From NCBI RefSeq assembly GCF_041146345.1, contig NW_027191413.1, positions 744,001 through 808,000 of the forward strand: a stretch of DNA of 64,000 bases. The letters run 5' to 3'. The position numbers were made by a program, and so were the translations under genes. The notes below the pieces were generated by a model. The model was not told where the DNA came from. It saw only the letters and a program-made list of their open reading frames with translations, and did not search any database. Positions within the stretch are counted from its first letter, which is position 1; each line of letters opens with the position of its first letter. Shown here piece by piece: positions 1 to 13,091 of this stretch. Source of the DNA: Neodothiora populina. Lineage: Eukaryota.

Positions 1-305
1 CAAAGCTTGCCGGTGACGTGAAGATGGAAGAAGTCAATCAAATGTACCTTCGAAATTATCTCCAAAAGCGGGGAAAGGGTAAAAGTAAGGTCCTGTGGAA
101 GCTGGCGGGCTTCCGTCACCAGGGAAGCAGAAAATAGATCGTCCCAAGATTCTCGAAGGAACTTATCAACGCCCCAAGACATAGGCATCCAAGGAGAAGG
201 AGGGGGCTTGATATCGTTGGGGTAACTCAAATTGTTGGGCCATTTCCGGGCCAAGGCAGGTACAAGTACATAGAGGGTGAGATAAGGTGAGGCAGGCGCA
301 CGCAT
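1..305 (-). CDS. Possible coding exon of an unidentified gene running off the window start
   Basis: Minus-strand frame open from ATG at 305 to the window edge (MRAPASPYLTLYVLVPALARKWPNNLSYPNDIKPPPSPWMPMSWGVDKFLRESWDDLF...). No family recognised. Confidence 0.25.
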   Translation of the reverse strand, partial: MRAPASPYLTLYVLVPALARKWPNNLSYPNDIKPPPSPWMPMSWGVDKFLRESWDDLFSASLVTEARQLPQDLTFTLSPLLEIISKVHLIDFFHLHVTGKL

Positions 306-1640
306 GTGACAGCTACATGTGAGCGAGAAGGTACACGGGTTGTCTTACCATGAAAAATGAGTACGCGTCTTGTAGCATTGCATTGATCACATTCGATATA
401 CCGGATGACTTTATGACGCAAGTGTGTCAACACCTTGTACTACGTCTAGCGGAAAAGAAGGGGGCTAGATGGGCTACGGGCCTGCAACAGTAAATAATGG
501 CGGTTATATGACTAGAGCCATCAAAAGAGCGATGTGTGTGGGAAAAGGCATTGTACTGTTCCCCAATGAGGGGAGCGGTACCTCTGGAAAAGAGAAGGTA
601 CGACGCTACAAGACATGCATGGTCGCTCCCCCACGCCTTTAACGTGCAGGTTACAATATTGTCTCGTCCCCGCGAGCGGGACGAGCGGGTAAGGCACTTG
701 GTATTGCAATATTCCGGGGAAGGTACCGACGCCAACTTCGTCCATGGCTTGATGACAACTGCCTGCAAGGAAAAACTGTTGAAGAAATTGAGCAGAGATG
801 TAGGTGCGCGATATCCGGGAGCCTGCGACACAGACGTGGTCCAGATCTTTGTAGCGGGTAATCGTGTCGTAAATCACGTGCGCCGCCACATAGAAGTCGC
901 CATTTGGGGGCGGAACTTTGCGACTGGATACGGCACCCTTTGCGGCAGACACTGACATCCCGTGTCCGAGTACCTTTTTTTCTGGCAGTAGCTTCCATAT
1001 CCCCAGATTCGAACGTAAATGCTTGCCGCACCTTTAAATCCTTGCGGGAATCTGGGGAAGATGCGTGTTGTGGAGGTGACTGATCTCATAAGAGATGGCA
1101 GTGTTCATCAGGGCATTAATCGGTCAAGGTACTTGTGAGACGATAAAATGTAGAATTCATGTAGCGAATTGCAGAGAGATTCTCGGAACTGCGCAGGTTC
1201 TGCGTCTTAAAAGGTGTCAATAATCTATATATCTAAAGCAATGTGATTCACGCGTTACAAGAGAAGAGGAGACTTTGAGTGAAAACGCGTTCGAGATCGA
1301 ATCGACAAATCCGAGAGAAAAAACTCGTGACCATCGATTATTTGAGTGAGAAAAAAAGGCAAGGGGTGACAAAACAATGTTTAGAAAGAATCGCTATGCC
1401 AATCTCGTGATTGCTGGTATCGTCGAACGCAACTCGTACCAGAGCAGCCGTCAAACCATAAACACAGGAACTTGCCATGTCCTCAGCATACCGTCCCACC
1501 GACTCCAGACCGATCTATAGGATAAAAGAAAACGCCGCGCACAGGTTAAAAGTGTTGACATGTTTGCCGGAAACGCCTCGGGGCTCCTATGGGGTCCGCC
1601 CATTGCCACAACTCCGAATCCCAAAGCTTACAAAGTGCTA

Positions 1641-3113
1641 TCAAGATGAACGTTCGCCCAAGTCGCCGGCAACACTGCCTGTGGTGCTCGATTGGCCACT
1701 GCTGAAGCCGCTGCCAGGGTTCAGGAGGTCGTTGACTTTCATGGCAGACGGCACCATGGGGATCGGAAGTTTTCGCTGCGCACCGTCTTCTCGCTCCATG
1801 ATCTCACTAATGCGAAGGCCGCTGTGATGGGTTGGAATGTACGGCTGTTGACCGTCAGCGGACGGCTCAACAGGAGCAAGGGCGGGAGGCGGTTGTTGGT
1901 GCTGGAGGGAGAGATGGTGAAGAGTGGGGAGCTGCACACCGTTGTGGAAGTATTGCGGACGAAGCCGAGGAGAATGCGATGGCGTAGCCAGCGGAGTGTG
2001 GTCGGGCGTCGGAGACGTTGACTTGTGGGAGAAAGACGGCGAGGGCGGGGCGGTGGACTGAGGGCTACCCGGTCGCGATTTCTTGGTCATGCGGTGCGAG
2101 TAAGGATCGTCGTCCTCGTGAGAGTGAGACCTCGACATGGGCTGGGAAGTGGGGTTTGAACCATAGTGGTAAGAAGAAAGAGAAGGAAGACGACCGGTGG
2201 AGTAAGGGTGGTGACTGTAAGGATGAGTGCCATAGCTATGCCGTGTTGGGAAGCTAAGGTGGTTCTGAGGAAGTGAGGTCTCGCGCTCGACCTGAGAAGC
2301 AGCCGAGGCCAGGAGGTTGATGTCCATGGGATGGTGGAGACCGGCGGGACTCAAGTCGCCACTCACATTACGGGTAAGGTATGAGCCAGGGTTGCTGGTG
2401 TAGGCGGCAGTTGCGTAGCTATGAGGGGGAGAGACATTAGGAGAGGTCAGAGCAGAGTTGGGAGCAGAGGCAGTCATGGCCTTTGGTGGGGGCGGCATCA
2501 TCTGGTTGAGCTGGTTCATGTGGTTCATGTGGTTCAGCTGGTTGAGCTGGTTCAACTGATTCATCTGGTTCATCTGCTGCAGGACAGGGTGTTGCTGGGA
2601 AGGGTCGAGAAGACCGGCCTGCGCGGCGGCGGCGGCGGCTGCTGCGGCAGCAGCGTGTTGCTTGTTGCCTCTGCGCGAGTTGGGGTTGTTGTGTATCCTC
2701 GAGTGACGGGTGAGCTCGTCGGATCTGCTGAAGCGCTTGGTGCAACCAGGGAACTGGCAGGCGTGAGGCTTCTCGCCAGTGTGGGTGCGGATGTGTCTGG
2801 TCTGATGCTCGAGGCGGTGGAAGGCCTTGTCGCACAGAGGGCACTTGTAAGGGCGGGGAAGGTCAGGACGGTGATCCTGATCCTGGGGCTGCACGGAATG
2901 CGCCATGGCGGGGACAGTGGCAGCGGCAGCGGCCATGGATGAGTTTTGTGGTGATAGAGTGGTAGGGTTGGACTGGACACCGGCGTCGACGTAGAGTGAC
3001 GAGGGAGTGTTGGTGCCTGAGGAAGCAGGCGACGGAGAGGGATTGGTGCTGGCGTTTGATGGCGATGGATTAAGCAGATTGGAAAATCCGACCCCAGACG
3101 ATGTGCGCTGCAT
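1641..3113 (-). CDS. creA: Carbon catabolite repressor CreA/Cre1 (Mig1 family C2H2 zinc-finger), 490 aa, intronless
   Basis: [55 protein letters not shown] fingers, poly-Ala, SHEDD acidic motif, [29 protein letters not shown] region and C-terminal QRKLPIP. First ATG at 3113; the ORF track starts at a GTG. Confidence 0.97.
   Translation of the reverse strand: MQRTSSGVGFSNLLNPSPSNASTNPSPSPASSGTNTPSSLYVDAGVQSNPTTLSPQNSSMAAAAATVPAMAHSVQPQDQDHRPDLPRPYKCPLCDKAFHRLEHQTRHIRTHTGEKPHACQFPGCTKRFSRSDELTRHSRIHNNPNSRRGNKQHAAAAAAAAAAAQAGLLDPSQQHPVLQQMNQMNQLNQLNQLNHMNHMNQLNQMMPPPPKAMTASAPNSALTSPNVSPPHSYATAAYTSNPGSYLTRNVSGDLSPAGLHHPMDINLLASAASQVERETSLPQNHLSFPTRHSYGTHPYSHHPYSTGRLPSLSSYHYGSNPTSQPMSRSHSHEDDDPYSHRMTKKSRPGSPQSTAPPSPSFSHKSTSPTPDHTPLATPSHSPRLRPQYFHNGVQLPTLHHLSLQHQQPPPALAPVEPSADGQQPYIPTHHSGLRISEIMEREDGAQRKLPIPMVPSAMKVNDLLNPGSGFSSGQSSTTGSVAGDLGERSS
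2502..2573 (-). repeat. Coding tandem repeat, eight 9-nt units encoding (M/L)N(Q/H) in CreA
   Basis: + strand units ctggttgag/ctggttcat/gtggttcat/gtggttcag/ctggttgag/ctggttcaa/ctgattcat/ctggttcat, encoding [24 protein letters not shown]. Confidence 0.9.
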
Positions 3114-5050
3114 TGACGAAGACACGTAGACCCGGAGAGACGGGGGGAGAAGGGGGGGATTTGGCGTTTGAGGGGATGCAGACGTATTTGTACGGCGAGA
3201 AGTGGATGGTTATAGAGGGCAGGAGCGAAATAGAGCGAAATGAGATTGTAAAGCTGACAAGTGACGGAAGAAGCGTGGGGGAAAAGCACAAGGTCGTTAC
3301 GAGCATCTTTAGACTGACAATATGAGATTTTGCTTCCAGCTGCCAAGACTCGAGAATACGCCTGATCCAGGGCTAGCCGCACGGATCACCTGCGCAAAAC
3401 TGGCACTGACGTTATCGACAAAAGGCCAAACTTTGCGGAGCTTGTCGGGATGTGATGAAAAATGGGATCTTCTCGGCCTCTCTGTCAGACGGAAACTCAG
3501 CCAACTGTAAGGTACAAGTCCTGCGTACTGCACTACTGAGATGTACTGGATGTACTGCCCTGTACAGTGCGAACACCAGATGGGAAGAGCACTACCCGAT
3601 CTTCAGGACCCCAGATCTGTTCTTACGATTTGTGATTGTGGAGTCTGCCACAACCTTCACATGTTAAACCACCTTCCCCCCTTCACCAGCCACGATCCAC
3701 CACTCTGCACAGCAAATAGAATAGAATAAAATAAAACAGTCCAGCAAGCAGCATTTGACGTTAGTATGCGGTAAGGCAGCCTGGCACCATTGCCGCGCCA
3801 TCCCATTTGTGACTTAATCATTTTATTACTGTACTGTACCTACGTCGTACCTGGCCCTGACACCCAATCGAGCGTCTCTCCCGGAGTTATTTCCTTCATC
3901 AGTCTCACGCTGGACTTTCCATAATTCCGTCCTCTTGAGCCTATTCACCGCCGACCGGCTTTTGCTGGCCCATCACCCTATCGTGAGGTTGGTGCTACTA
4001 CTGTATGGAATGTTCGCATGCTCTGGCTAGGGTGATGTAATTTGCAAACCCTCGCGACCGCATTGAGAATGCTACAGTAACCAACTACTCATGCTACACG
4101 AGTCGCAGTCGTTCCCCAGCCCACTCATCGCTTCGCCCTCTTCCAATTTGCGATAAAGTCCAGCTCTCGACTCATACAGTACATTGCTGCCCCTGCACAC
4201 TGCGTGGTGCTACAGCTGGCTTCATGTGGGGCAAAAGGCCGAATCAGTAAGGTGGAGCAGTAAGCTGGGCGAGTAAGATAGCCGTGCTGTGCCTCATTTG
4301 CGAAACGTCTGGAAATAGAGCAGTCGGATGGTGTCCTTTGCACCCATCCGCACAGGCAACCAACTACCCAATGAGAGTCAATACTCGACTACTCGCCGTC
4401 TCTGCTATTCCCCATCCTCGCGCCCCGTGCGGGAGAAGGACGGAAGAAACCAGTGAAACTCGTCCCAAGAAGGTCTAACTTCGGCTCGGTCTTATTGAGG
4501 CCTGTCGGACCCGTTCTTGTCTGGGGTAAATTCAATCCCCATTTCCCGTGCTCCACTAACATGTGCTGCTCTTGACAATCTGGCCATGTTTCCTTGACTC
4601 GTGCTACACGAAAATCCCGGCAGCATGTGGCCCAGATCATGCCCCTCGGAGACCGACCCTCCGTTTCTCTGGACGCTCGTAATCAAATTTCCCAATCGCA
4701 ACAGGATGTGATGCCCTTGTGTCTGGGTCGCTACAAGCTTGCCGACGAAGCTTTTGGTGTCTGCTAGGGCCGCCGACTCCAGATCACGGCAAGCCGCATA
4801 TCCGTAAATGAACCAACCCCCGTGGGATCATAGACCTGTAGCGCTGAACATCACCCCCTTTTTCGTGATGATAATGCGCTGTGCTGCATCCACAATCTTA
4901 TGAATGCAGACGATCCTCGTCATGGATCGTCCTCTCCGTTACTACCTCGGATCGAGCCTGCACTCCTCTGATTGGCTGTTGATCCCCATACTAATGCTTA
5001 TGTTTGCTTGTCTTTCTCACATGAGCAGGTGTGAATCATAATCTTGTGAT

Positions 5051-5105
5051 CCCCAGTCCTTAGATCCCCGCAAGGCGGACTAGGCGGAGGTACAAGCATC
5101 CCCAC
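5051..5105. promoter_or_regulatory. Cluster of four CreA-consensus (SYGGRG/CYCCRS) sites upstream of creA
   Basis: ccccag 5051-5056, ccccgc 5066-5071, gcggag 5084-5089, ccccac 5100-5105, about 2 kb upstream of the creA ATG. Confidence 0.45.
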
Positions 5106-8100
5106 GACGACCCTGTATCGCACAGTATCGCGACAGCCATGTGACACAGCAGATCGTCAATTCCGTATCTCCTCGCTATCGACTGACTTTGTGATTGTAT
5201 CGCCTGTCTCAGTCAGGTGGTGAGGTGTCAGTCTAATGTGTCACGCTATCACTGCTTCTACGCGTACCATCCTGCATTTGCTCCCCAGAGTGCGGCGCTT
5301 CGAGATCTAAGAACATGGGGAAACAAGCATTGGCTTGGATGGGACCTGCAAGAAAAGAACCAGATATTACGTTTCGATCCGAGCTAATCGGAAGCAAGTA
5401 CAGTGCTATGCGCAGAAACATGTTCATTATCAACTGGACCATACTGCTATGGAATTAGTCTCCGGTGTTGCGGAAAGTGCGGTGAACATGACGATAGCAC
5501 ACGAGCCTTTCGTCGAACTCTGGTCTTGGTGCGTCGAGCATGCTGGCCGTTCGATTATTGAATGACCACTCTCGAGGTTGATTGTTTACCTGCAGAAATC
5601 AAACCAGATAGAGTACTCGTACGATTTCCGTCACGAGGGTGACTACGCGGTCTGATATGGAAACAACGCCACTCTCCAGACTTCCCCGGTGATGCTCCAC
5701 CTTTCACGCAGATCGCAGGGTTAGACCGGAACATCCATCTCCCGTGAGGGAGATGTGCACATCTGGGGTCGCAGCCAAACTCTTTTCTTCCCCACGGTTA
5801 CATGGATACTTGTACATTGAGCCTGAAGGTGACAAAATCTGTGTAATCGGTTATCATACGCTCGCATGGTACCAAGAGTCAAGGCCAAGGACAAGACAAT
5901 CGAACGGGCGACGGCCAGACGTGCAGTCGATGTAGCCGCCGCAAGTGTCACAACTTGAGAAATGATGCGACCATGCTCCACTCAGTGTCACGCAATCTGG
6001 ACTGCATCGGTGACAAAGCCCCGTTAATCGGCCTGACGGCTGCAGAAATCCGACCATTTCGAAACAAGCAGAGCGAGGACAGCATGTTTCCCTTATGAAC
6101 GGACTGTTGGGGTCGTCTGCGTAGACCACGCCACGCCTTTTCCATCATACCTATTCTATCGAGCAATATCGCTACCGTAGCATTCGGCGGTTGGAATCGG
6201 CTGCCTCTTGCAGTGTGATTGTATAGCCATCAAGGTCGCCTAGCTTTGATTGGGGCCAAGAATAAACTCCTTCGGATGAGCGAGAAATCCGCGAGAAGCC
6301 CAGCGACCAAGCGACTTTTCTCTCGGCAACGAAAACCCCAACTTTCGGCTGTAATCAGCGGAGCCAGTCTCCACAAAGCATCCGGAGCACGTTTTTTCAG
6401 TCCAGTCATTCCATTGAAAGTCTACTGTAATTGTCTTTGTCGCTTCCTCTATCTCTATCTGCGCCACTCTCTTATGACAATCCTCATGGATGCCAAAAAA
6501 ACAAAATGACTATCTCGGACATTAGCGCCGAGATAACGCTGTCCCCAACAAAGATGGATGACGAAATGTGGACTGTCTGGTCAATTTTCAAAGCCCCCCC
6601 ATCACGCCCGGCGCCGCTGCCATCCCTCCGAGACAAGGCCGATGCCCAACATATTTGTGATGACAGAAGATAGAGGGAGTTTTCGCTAGGACCGAGAAAT
6701 TTCTTCACGGCGGGCCTGCGGCGTAGCAATTTGCTTACAGAGCGAGTACGTTATCGATGTTCTCGGCGGTGTACCGGAGAGAATGGAGAATTACTTGATA
6801 ATAGACTCTCGCGTAGCACACAGCGGTTTATGGAGAGGAATTTTCGCATCCACGTCCACCGTCATGGCGGATGGAGCTACAGTACAACAACATGAACCGC
6901 TTCCGCCTCTCGGCTCTGTGGAGAGCAGCAGTGTGGAGACACGTCGCGAGATTCTGATGAAGCAGTCATCCATTCTGCCGCATCGGATCTTCTGCTCATT
7001 GCTGTGCTAGTCTGGAAGAGGACTGGTCTGAGCGAGTAAGTCTAGATTGATTAGTGAACAAGGGTCGTGATACACAACCCATCCAAATGCACTAGGATGA
7101 TGACCCAGAAGCGACCGTGGTGCAAGCTTGGCTTGGTCCCTTCGGCTTTACCCCTCCTCGGAGCAACTCGAGGAGAAAGGGTGGACTGGGGTTCAGCTGT
7201 TGTTGCTGTGCCGCAAAGGAATGGATTCGATAACGTCGCAACCCATGTGAATTGATCCAGCCTACGCATATCCATCATGCATGTGTGGCTCAATGGCAGG
7301 GCTTGCTGCTGTCTACAATCGTAGGTCTATCGCCTTTTGTTTTCAAACCTTACCGAAGAGGGTGTCTGTCACCCTTCATACTCACCACTGCATGTCACCT
7401 ACCTACCCTATGGAGTAACGTATGTTGTCGATTGCCTTTTGGCTGAACGAATATGGGGTTACTTTCTTCTCCACACCATCCAAATTCTGCACGTGGAAGA
7501 TGATTTTCTCTTGGAAAGAGCTTCTTGTGTATGATGCAAAGTACTGTACCTATGTCTGTTTCAGCCCCTATCTGCCTACCTATCCTTGTCGTTGTGGAAC
7601 AGGAACGCTGCTGCGAGGTGATGAGTATGGCTTGACCGATTGAGATGCATGACACGGTATAGTAGTACGGCACAAGCACGCCAATCCTACAGGCCTATCT
7701 ATGTACTTGTACTGTTCAGCTGTAGATCAGGGGGCCAGCAGCCATGTTGTGCTGTTGTCGCGCCAGGCATTCTGTTTACGCAGTGATAACCACCATAGAT
7801 AAGGTAAGATAGGCACGGTACGGTAGACATCACAAGAGTCGGCGATGAACAGCCAAGCATATGCGATGGATCCCCAGAAAATCACGAAGGGGGGGATGTT
7901 TGACACTGCCAGAAAACTGGGGTAGCATATTTGCTTGTGATTCTGTGTGTATATGCGGTATTATAGGAGGTAAAGAGTCACTACTGTATTGAATGCGGAG
8001 GATGTGGTATTCATCGACAGAGTCACCAAAGCGAGCGTGATTTCAACCATGTTACACATACAAAACTCACCTTCATCTAGAGGCAGTCTCTTCGCCGGTG

Positions 8101-9065
8101 CAGTGTGTATACCTCTATCACACACATATGTCAAAAAAGAAAAACATCCCACATGTAATAGCCTTTGCAGCAAAGGGAAAAAACCCTACACACAGTATAT
8201 ATGTATATATGCATTCCCGCTCTCCCGGAAACCAGTAAGCTGATGTAATGCACAAACGGATCTACCTAAAGGCGATAGACAAGCTACTTACCTAAGGTAT
8301 GCAATGCTTATTGAAAGACAATGCCACCGTACAAGCGAGCGAACAAAGAATCCCAACTCGTCTGCCTTCTGCCACACCACATCCCTTCTCAGCTTGATAT
8401 TACTGTCTATCCTCTACCAAAAGCACCTACTCGATAGAGCGCAAGCAGCACAATCACATGCCGCACACACGTGTGAACAGCTCAACAGAAAACAGACAAA
8501 TGAACGACTCAGGCGAGAAGCAGTGCAGTGCAGCGCAGCGCAGTGCAGGTGAAACATGGCATATCAGGAGCCATTATTGTCCAGCGTGGGATATATCGGG
8601 TGGAAATATATGCGTCCACCAATTAGACTTGGACAGAGAAACGCGAAATTATATCCGTGTTTGGGACACTCACGTGTACGGCCTCGCTGATTACCTCTGA
8701 TGAAAGAATTGAGCGATCGATTGATGGCTGTGTCTTGGATCATTATGCGAGCGGCGGGAGGGACTAACGCTTGTCTTCGCATACGCGAGGAGAATATGGG
8801 TTGCTTTAGTGGAGGGGTGCTGTTGTTGCTGTCACTTGTGCGACTTGTGAGCGGCGTGAGTAATTCATCTGTCGAAAGGGACAGGGTTGCCCTATGGTCT
8901 CGACCTGGGGACCGTTTGCAGCAAGTTTTTCTGATGGGTTGTCACAAAACACTTTCATGATGTTCCACTTGCATTCGCAGAAGTACAGGGTGAGGTTGAC
9001 TGAGGAAAAGAAGATACAAAAATGCAAAAAAGAACACATGTCGAAGGTGATAAGACACATGGAAT

Positions 9066-9137
9066 TGAACCACACCTGATTTGAACAGGTAACCTTCTGG
9101 ACTGGAATCAGACGCGCTACCATTGCGCCAGCGGTCC
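9066..9137 (-). tRNA. tRNA-Trp (CCA), intronless, 72 nt
   Basis: GGACCGC TG GCGC AATGGTA GCGC G TCTGA TTCCAGT CCAGA AGGTT ACCTG TTCAAAT CAGGT GTGGTTC A. Cloverleaf with A and B boxes, anticodon CCA at 9105-9103, T-runs downstream on the minus strand (~9017-9031). Confidence 0.93.
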
Positions 9138-9437
9138 CAATTCGATAAAGTTTCAGCTTGCTTCTTGGTATATAAAGTGTGAGAACAGAAGCTAGGCTGT
9201 GGAGCTGTGCCGGATTAACTGTCGCCGGAGAGCTTCGAAAGGGACAGGGACACGGTAGGCACCACGCGTCTCTCGGAGCGATCACCCTGTAGATTATCAC
9301 CACGCGGAATACCTTGCTCTATAGCTCCCGTACAAGATAACTCTCAGGCACACACTTTGATTCATTCAATCAGTGGACATATTGTCGCAATAGCTGGACC
9401 GTTCCATACCCTCGACTCCGTTGCAGCATAAACCATC

Positions 9438-10514
9438 ATGGCAGCAATGATGCCTAGTGGATCTGGGTCAGGGAACCCTGCGCACTACGATCCCTACGAC
9501 AATGACGCCGACCTCATTGACCCAGATGATGGTGAGTTTCGTTGAGCTCTTATAGTCGTCTGAAAAGATTTCCGTCTGAATCAAGCTCAGCAACCCTCGA
9601 TGACCTGGACCCCATCACCAGCTCCGACCGAGCTCCTCTCACTGGCAACCTTCAACCACAAGACCAACAGCGCATCCAGCAATCGCAGTCATATCTCAAC
9701 TCAGCCGTGGGCGGAGAGGACCGGCGCGCGCCCTCGAATACGATCGATGAGACGGTGTGGACGACACTGAAACGGGACTTGCTGGCTGTGTGGGAGAAGA
9801 TGCGCCAGGTCCTATATCCCAAATACCTGCTCGGCGGCGTCATGGAAAGAGGAGGTGGCATCGGGGGAGCAGAGAGACAGGAGGGAGATGCGGCAGGTGG
9901 TCTTCGAGGTCTTGTGGGGAGATGGCCATCGGACCTGCCACAGGTGCTACTCGAGCAAGGTGGCATGAGCGAGGGCTTGAGGGATTGGGATCTATGGTGA
10001 GAAAGAAGTCAAGCTCGGAAAGTGTGACGAGAGAAAGACTAACGGCATGGCAGGGGTCCCTTACTATTCTGCCTCTTACTGAGTTTCTTCTTGAGCCGAG
10101 GAGCGCAGGACACGCAAAAGAGTCTCGTCTTTTCCGGCGTCTTCACTATGGTCTGGCTCGGTGAAGCTGTCGTCACTCTTCAGATCAAGCTGCTTGGCGG
10201 AAACATGTCGGTCGATTCCATAGCTCGAGATGCGCAGTTGGACATGAAAGCTAACGTGATGCAGTTCCTTCTTCCAATCTGTCTGCATCATCGGCTACAC
10301 GCTCTTCCCGCTCGTCATCGCATCGATCCTCAGTGCAGTCGGACTTCCCATGGTGGCGCGCATACCCGTCTATATCGTCCTTGCATTCTGGTCCGTGGCG
10401 GCAGGAGTCAGCATTCTCGGAGGATCAGGGGTTGTCAAGAACCGCGTGTTCCTGGCAATGTTCCCGTTGTTTCTGTTCTACACGGCGCTGACCGCACTTT
10501 GCTTCATCAGCTAG
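9438..10514 (+). CDS. YIP4: Yip1-domain Golgi membrane protein (Yip4/YIPF6-like), 4 exons
   Basis: Exons 9438-9531, 9591-9996, 10054-10206, 10265-10514 join in frame. Motifs TIDETVWTTLKRDL, LRDWDLWGPLLFCL, LLGGNISFFQSVCIIGYTLFPL. Confidence 0.88.
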
Positions 10515-11303
10515 ATGGACGAGAAAGACGGGGCATGACGGTCGTGCTGATATACCCGCCCCTGGCGTAGCAGGTTCTGGCCGAGGCAAGGTGTCGTCTT
10601 TGATAAGACCAAAAAAATGGGACCTTAGACAAGATAGCAGATTAGAATGACTTTTTGTAGTCACCGATGGATTCGATGCATACATCACCACGGGGTATTT
10701 GATGTCACTGGGAACTTGCGATTTCAGCACACAGCTGTAGTGAGACCCCAGATCTGGTAGGGTACAGATGCATTTATATGTATATATCGCACAACTTCTA
10801 TATCAACACTACTTACGACTAACGACTATGATCGTGACTGAGCGTATTGGTTGCAGCATGATATACGGGTGGTGATACGGCAGCCTCCTGCAGTCAGTTG
10901 CAGTGGGGTAACTTCCACTTGTACACACCAAAGCAAAGCCGTACAACCTGAATCGGAACCACGAATTGCTCTCTTTTCTCCCTTTCTCTTCCATCTGACA
11001 ACGTCCACGCTGGCCCGACTCACCCTGCAGCTGCAGTATTCGATCGCCATTCCGCATCCCAAAACATTCATAGCGCTCCTACCGCGTAGAGCAAAGCTAT
11101 CGACGGGACAAAGCTGTTCAGAGTGTCGTTCCTCCCGTCACTGTCGCTGTCGCCAGTCGGCCACCAAGAGAGATCGTCATCCGACGTGCAATAGCAGTCT
11201 CTCCGCTGCGTCAAGCTTGTAAACACACAGAGCAAGCACAAGTGCAGCAAAATCCCACCACAACAACATCAGCATTGATCACGGACGACGGGGTCTGTTC
11301 ATC

Positions 11304-13091
11304 ATGTCGTCGTCGCCCCGTGCTGCTTCAGACACGGAAAACCACGAGAAGCCCGTCAGGGAAAAGCTTCGCAACGCGTCCATTTCAGCTGCAAGCACGC
11401 TCAACACCATGGCCGAATCCACCTCTGAGACTGCCGCTGCTCCTGCCATTGTCGACGACGACGCCAGAGACTCAGCGCAGCCCGGGACGACTCCTGCAGC
11501 CGACATGACCACCTCGGCCCCCAACGACAGCAGCTCTGCTCCCTCGACGGACACCAAGACCAGAGGAAGACCGTCGAGAAAGAGAAGCCACGAGGACATT
11601 GCCGACGAGAGCCAAGAGGAACCCGCCCCCAAGACCCGTCACGCACGCAAAAGATCACGCGAGGCCTACGACTCGGACGAGCCAGATCACTCCCAAGAGC
11701 GCACCTCCCTTGCTTCCGGAGACAACGCGGCTGCCAGGTCTTCATCGACGGCGAACAAGAGACCTGCCACTCCCGCAGACGACGAGGATGCTTCGTCACT
11801 CGCCGACAAGGTCGCCAGCCCCAGAACGAAGAAGAGCAGACCTGACGAGCCAGTGAACGGATCCGAGGAGAGTGCGCCTGCGTCAGAAGGACAAACAGAA
11901 GACGCGAAACCCACGCCCGCAGATTCGACTGAGTCGTCCAGCTTCACTAAGATCCCTCCCACGAGCGGCTTTGCCAATCCCTCGACTGCCTCGCCTTTCA
12001 CTGCACTTGCCAGCAACAAATCTCCTACGAATGGAACCACGCCCTCTGCCTTCGAGTCTTCATCCTTTGCCAGGCTCGCTTCGTCATCCACCTCGGGCTT
12101 CGCTTCTCTGGCTGGGAATGCCCCCAAGCTTTCATCCTTTGCGAGCGCCTCGCCGACACCTCCGCCCGCAACCGCCGCTGATTCCGGGAAGAGCGAACAT
12201 GACAAACCCGCAGCTCAGACCTTCGGAGGCGCCTTGGGCGCATCTTCGCCCTTCACTGCTGCTGCAATCCAAGGGGCGACTCCTTCACCATTCGGATCCG
12301 CTGGCGCGTCCTCCTTCGGCCAAGCGGGCAAGACTGGCTTCGGCAGTGGGCTCGCTGGTGGATTTGGCGGACTCGGCAGCTCCAAACTCTCTTCGTTTGC
12401 GAGCAGTGCAACGCCAGCCTTCGCTGGAAGTGGCGCGCTCAAAGCAGCCAAGCCATTCGGCGCCCCTGCCGATGATGGCGAGGGTGACGAGGGACCAGGC
12501 GGTGACGCAGAGGAAGGAGGCGCTGGCGACGAGCCTAAGAATGATGCTGACAACGACGAGAAAGATGAACGTTTCTACGAACAAGACAGTAAGCCGACCG
12601 AGCTACCCCTGAGAACGGCTTCAATACTGACGAATCGCAGTTGAAACCGGCGAAGAGAACGAGACAACCGAATATACTTGTAGGGCGAAATTGTACAACT
12701 TTGTTAAGACCGAAGATGGTACCAAAAAGGAGTGGAAGGAACGTGGTCTCGGTGTCGTCCGTCTCAATGTCGCAAACCCAGGTCCCGAAAGTGGCGACAC
12801 AGCACCGAAAGCGAGATTAGTGATGCGCGCCGATGGTAGTCACAGAGTCGTGCTGAACACGCCTGTTGTGAAGGGAGTCTCTTTTGGAACCGTCCAGGGA
12901 GAGGCTCCGGTCGGAGGTTACGTCTACTTCATGGGAAGCATCGATGGGAGTGCGAAACTCGAGCTGCTCCAGATGAAGGTGAGTCAGTGTCCTTTAAACA
13001 CATTGAGCATCACTGATCAATTCTGCAGCTCCGTCCACAATTTGCACTTGAACTGTACGAAAGAATTGCAGATTTGCAAAAGGCTATGTGA
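11304..13091 (+). CDS. Ran-binding domain (RanBD1) protein with FG/FxF-rich region, Yrb2/Hba1-like, 3 exons
   Basis: Exons 11304-12588, 12641-12978, 13029-13091. Motifs ETGEENE...CRAKLYNF, WKERGLGVVRLN, RLVMRADGSHRVVLN; basic NLS-like clusters; FG motifs upstream. Confidence 0.85.

Noticed and set aside
427..1089. Several overlapping 70-145 aa ORFs on both strands
   Set aside because: No recognisable motifs and no consistent splice model; not called as a gene or transposon.
1477..3382. Overlapping and antisense ORFs (e.g. 2421-2942 +, 2570-3382 -)
   Set aside because: Shadow frames of the GC-rich creA CDS.
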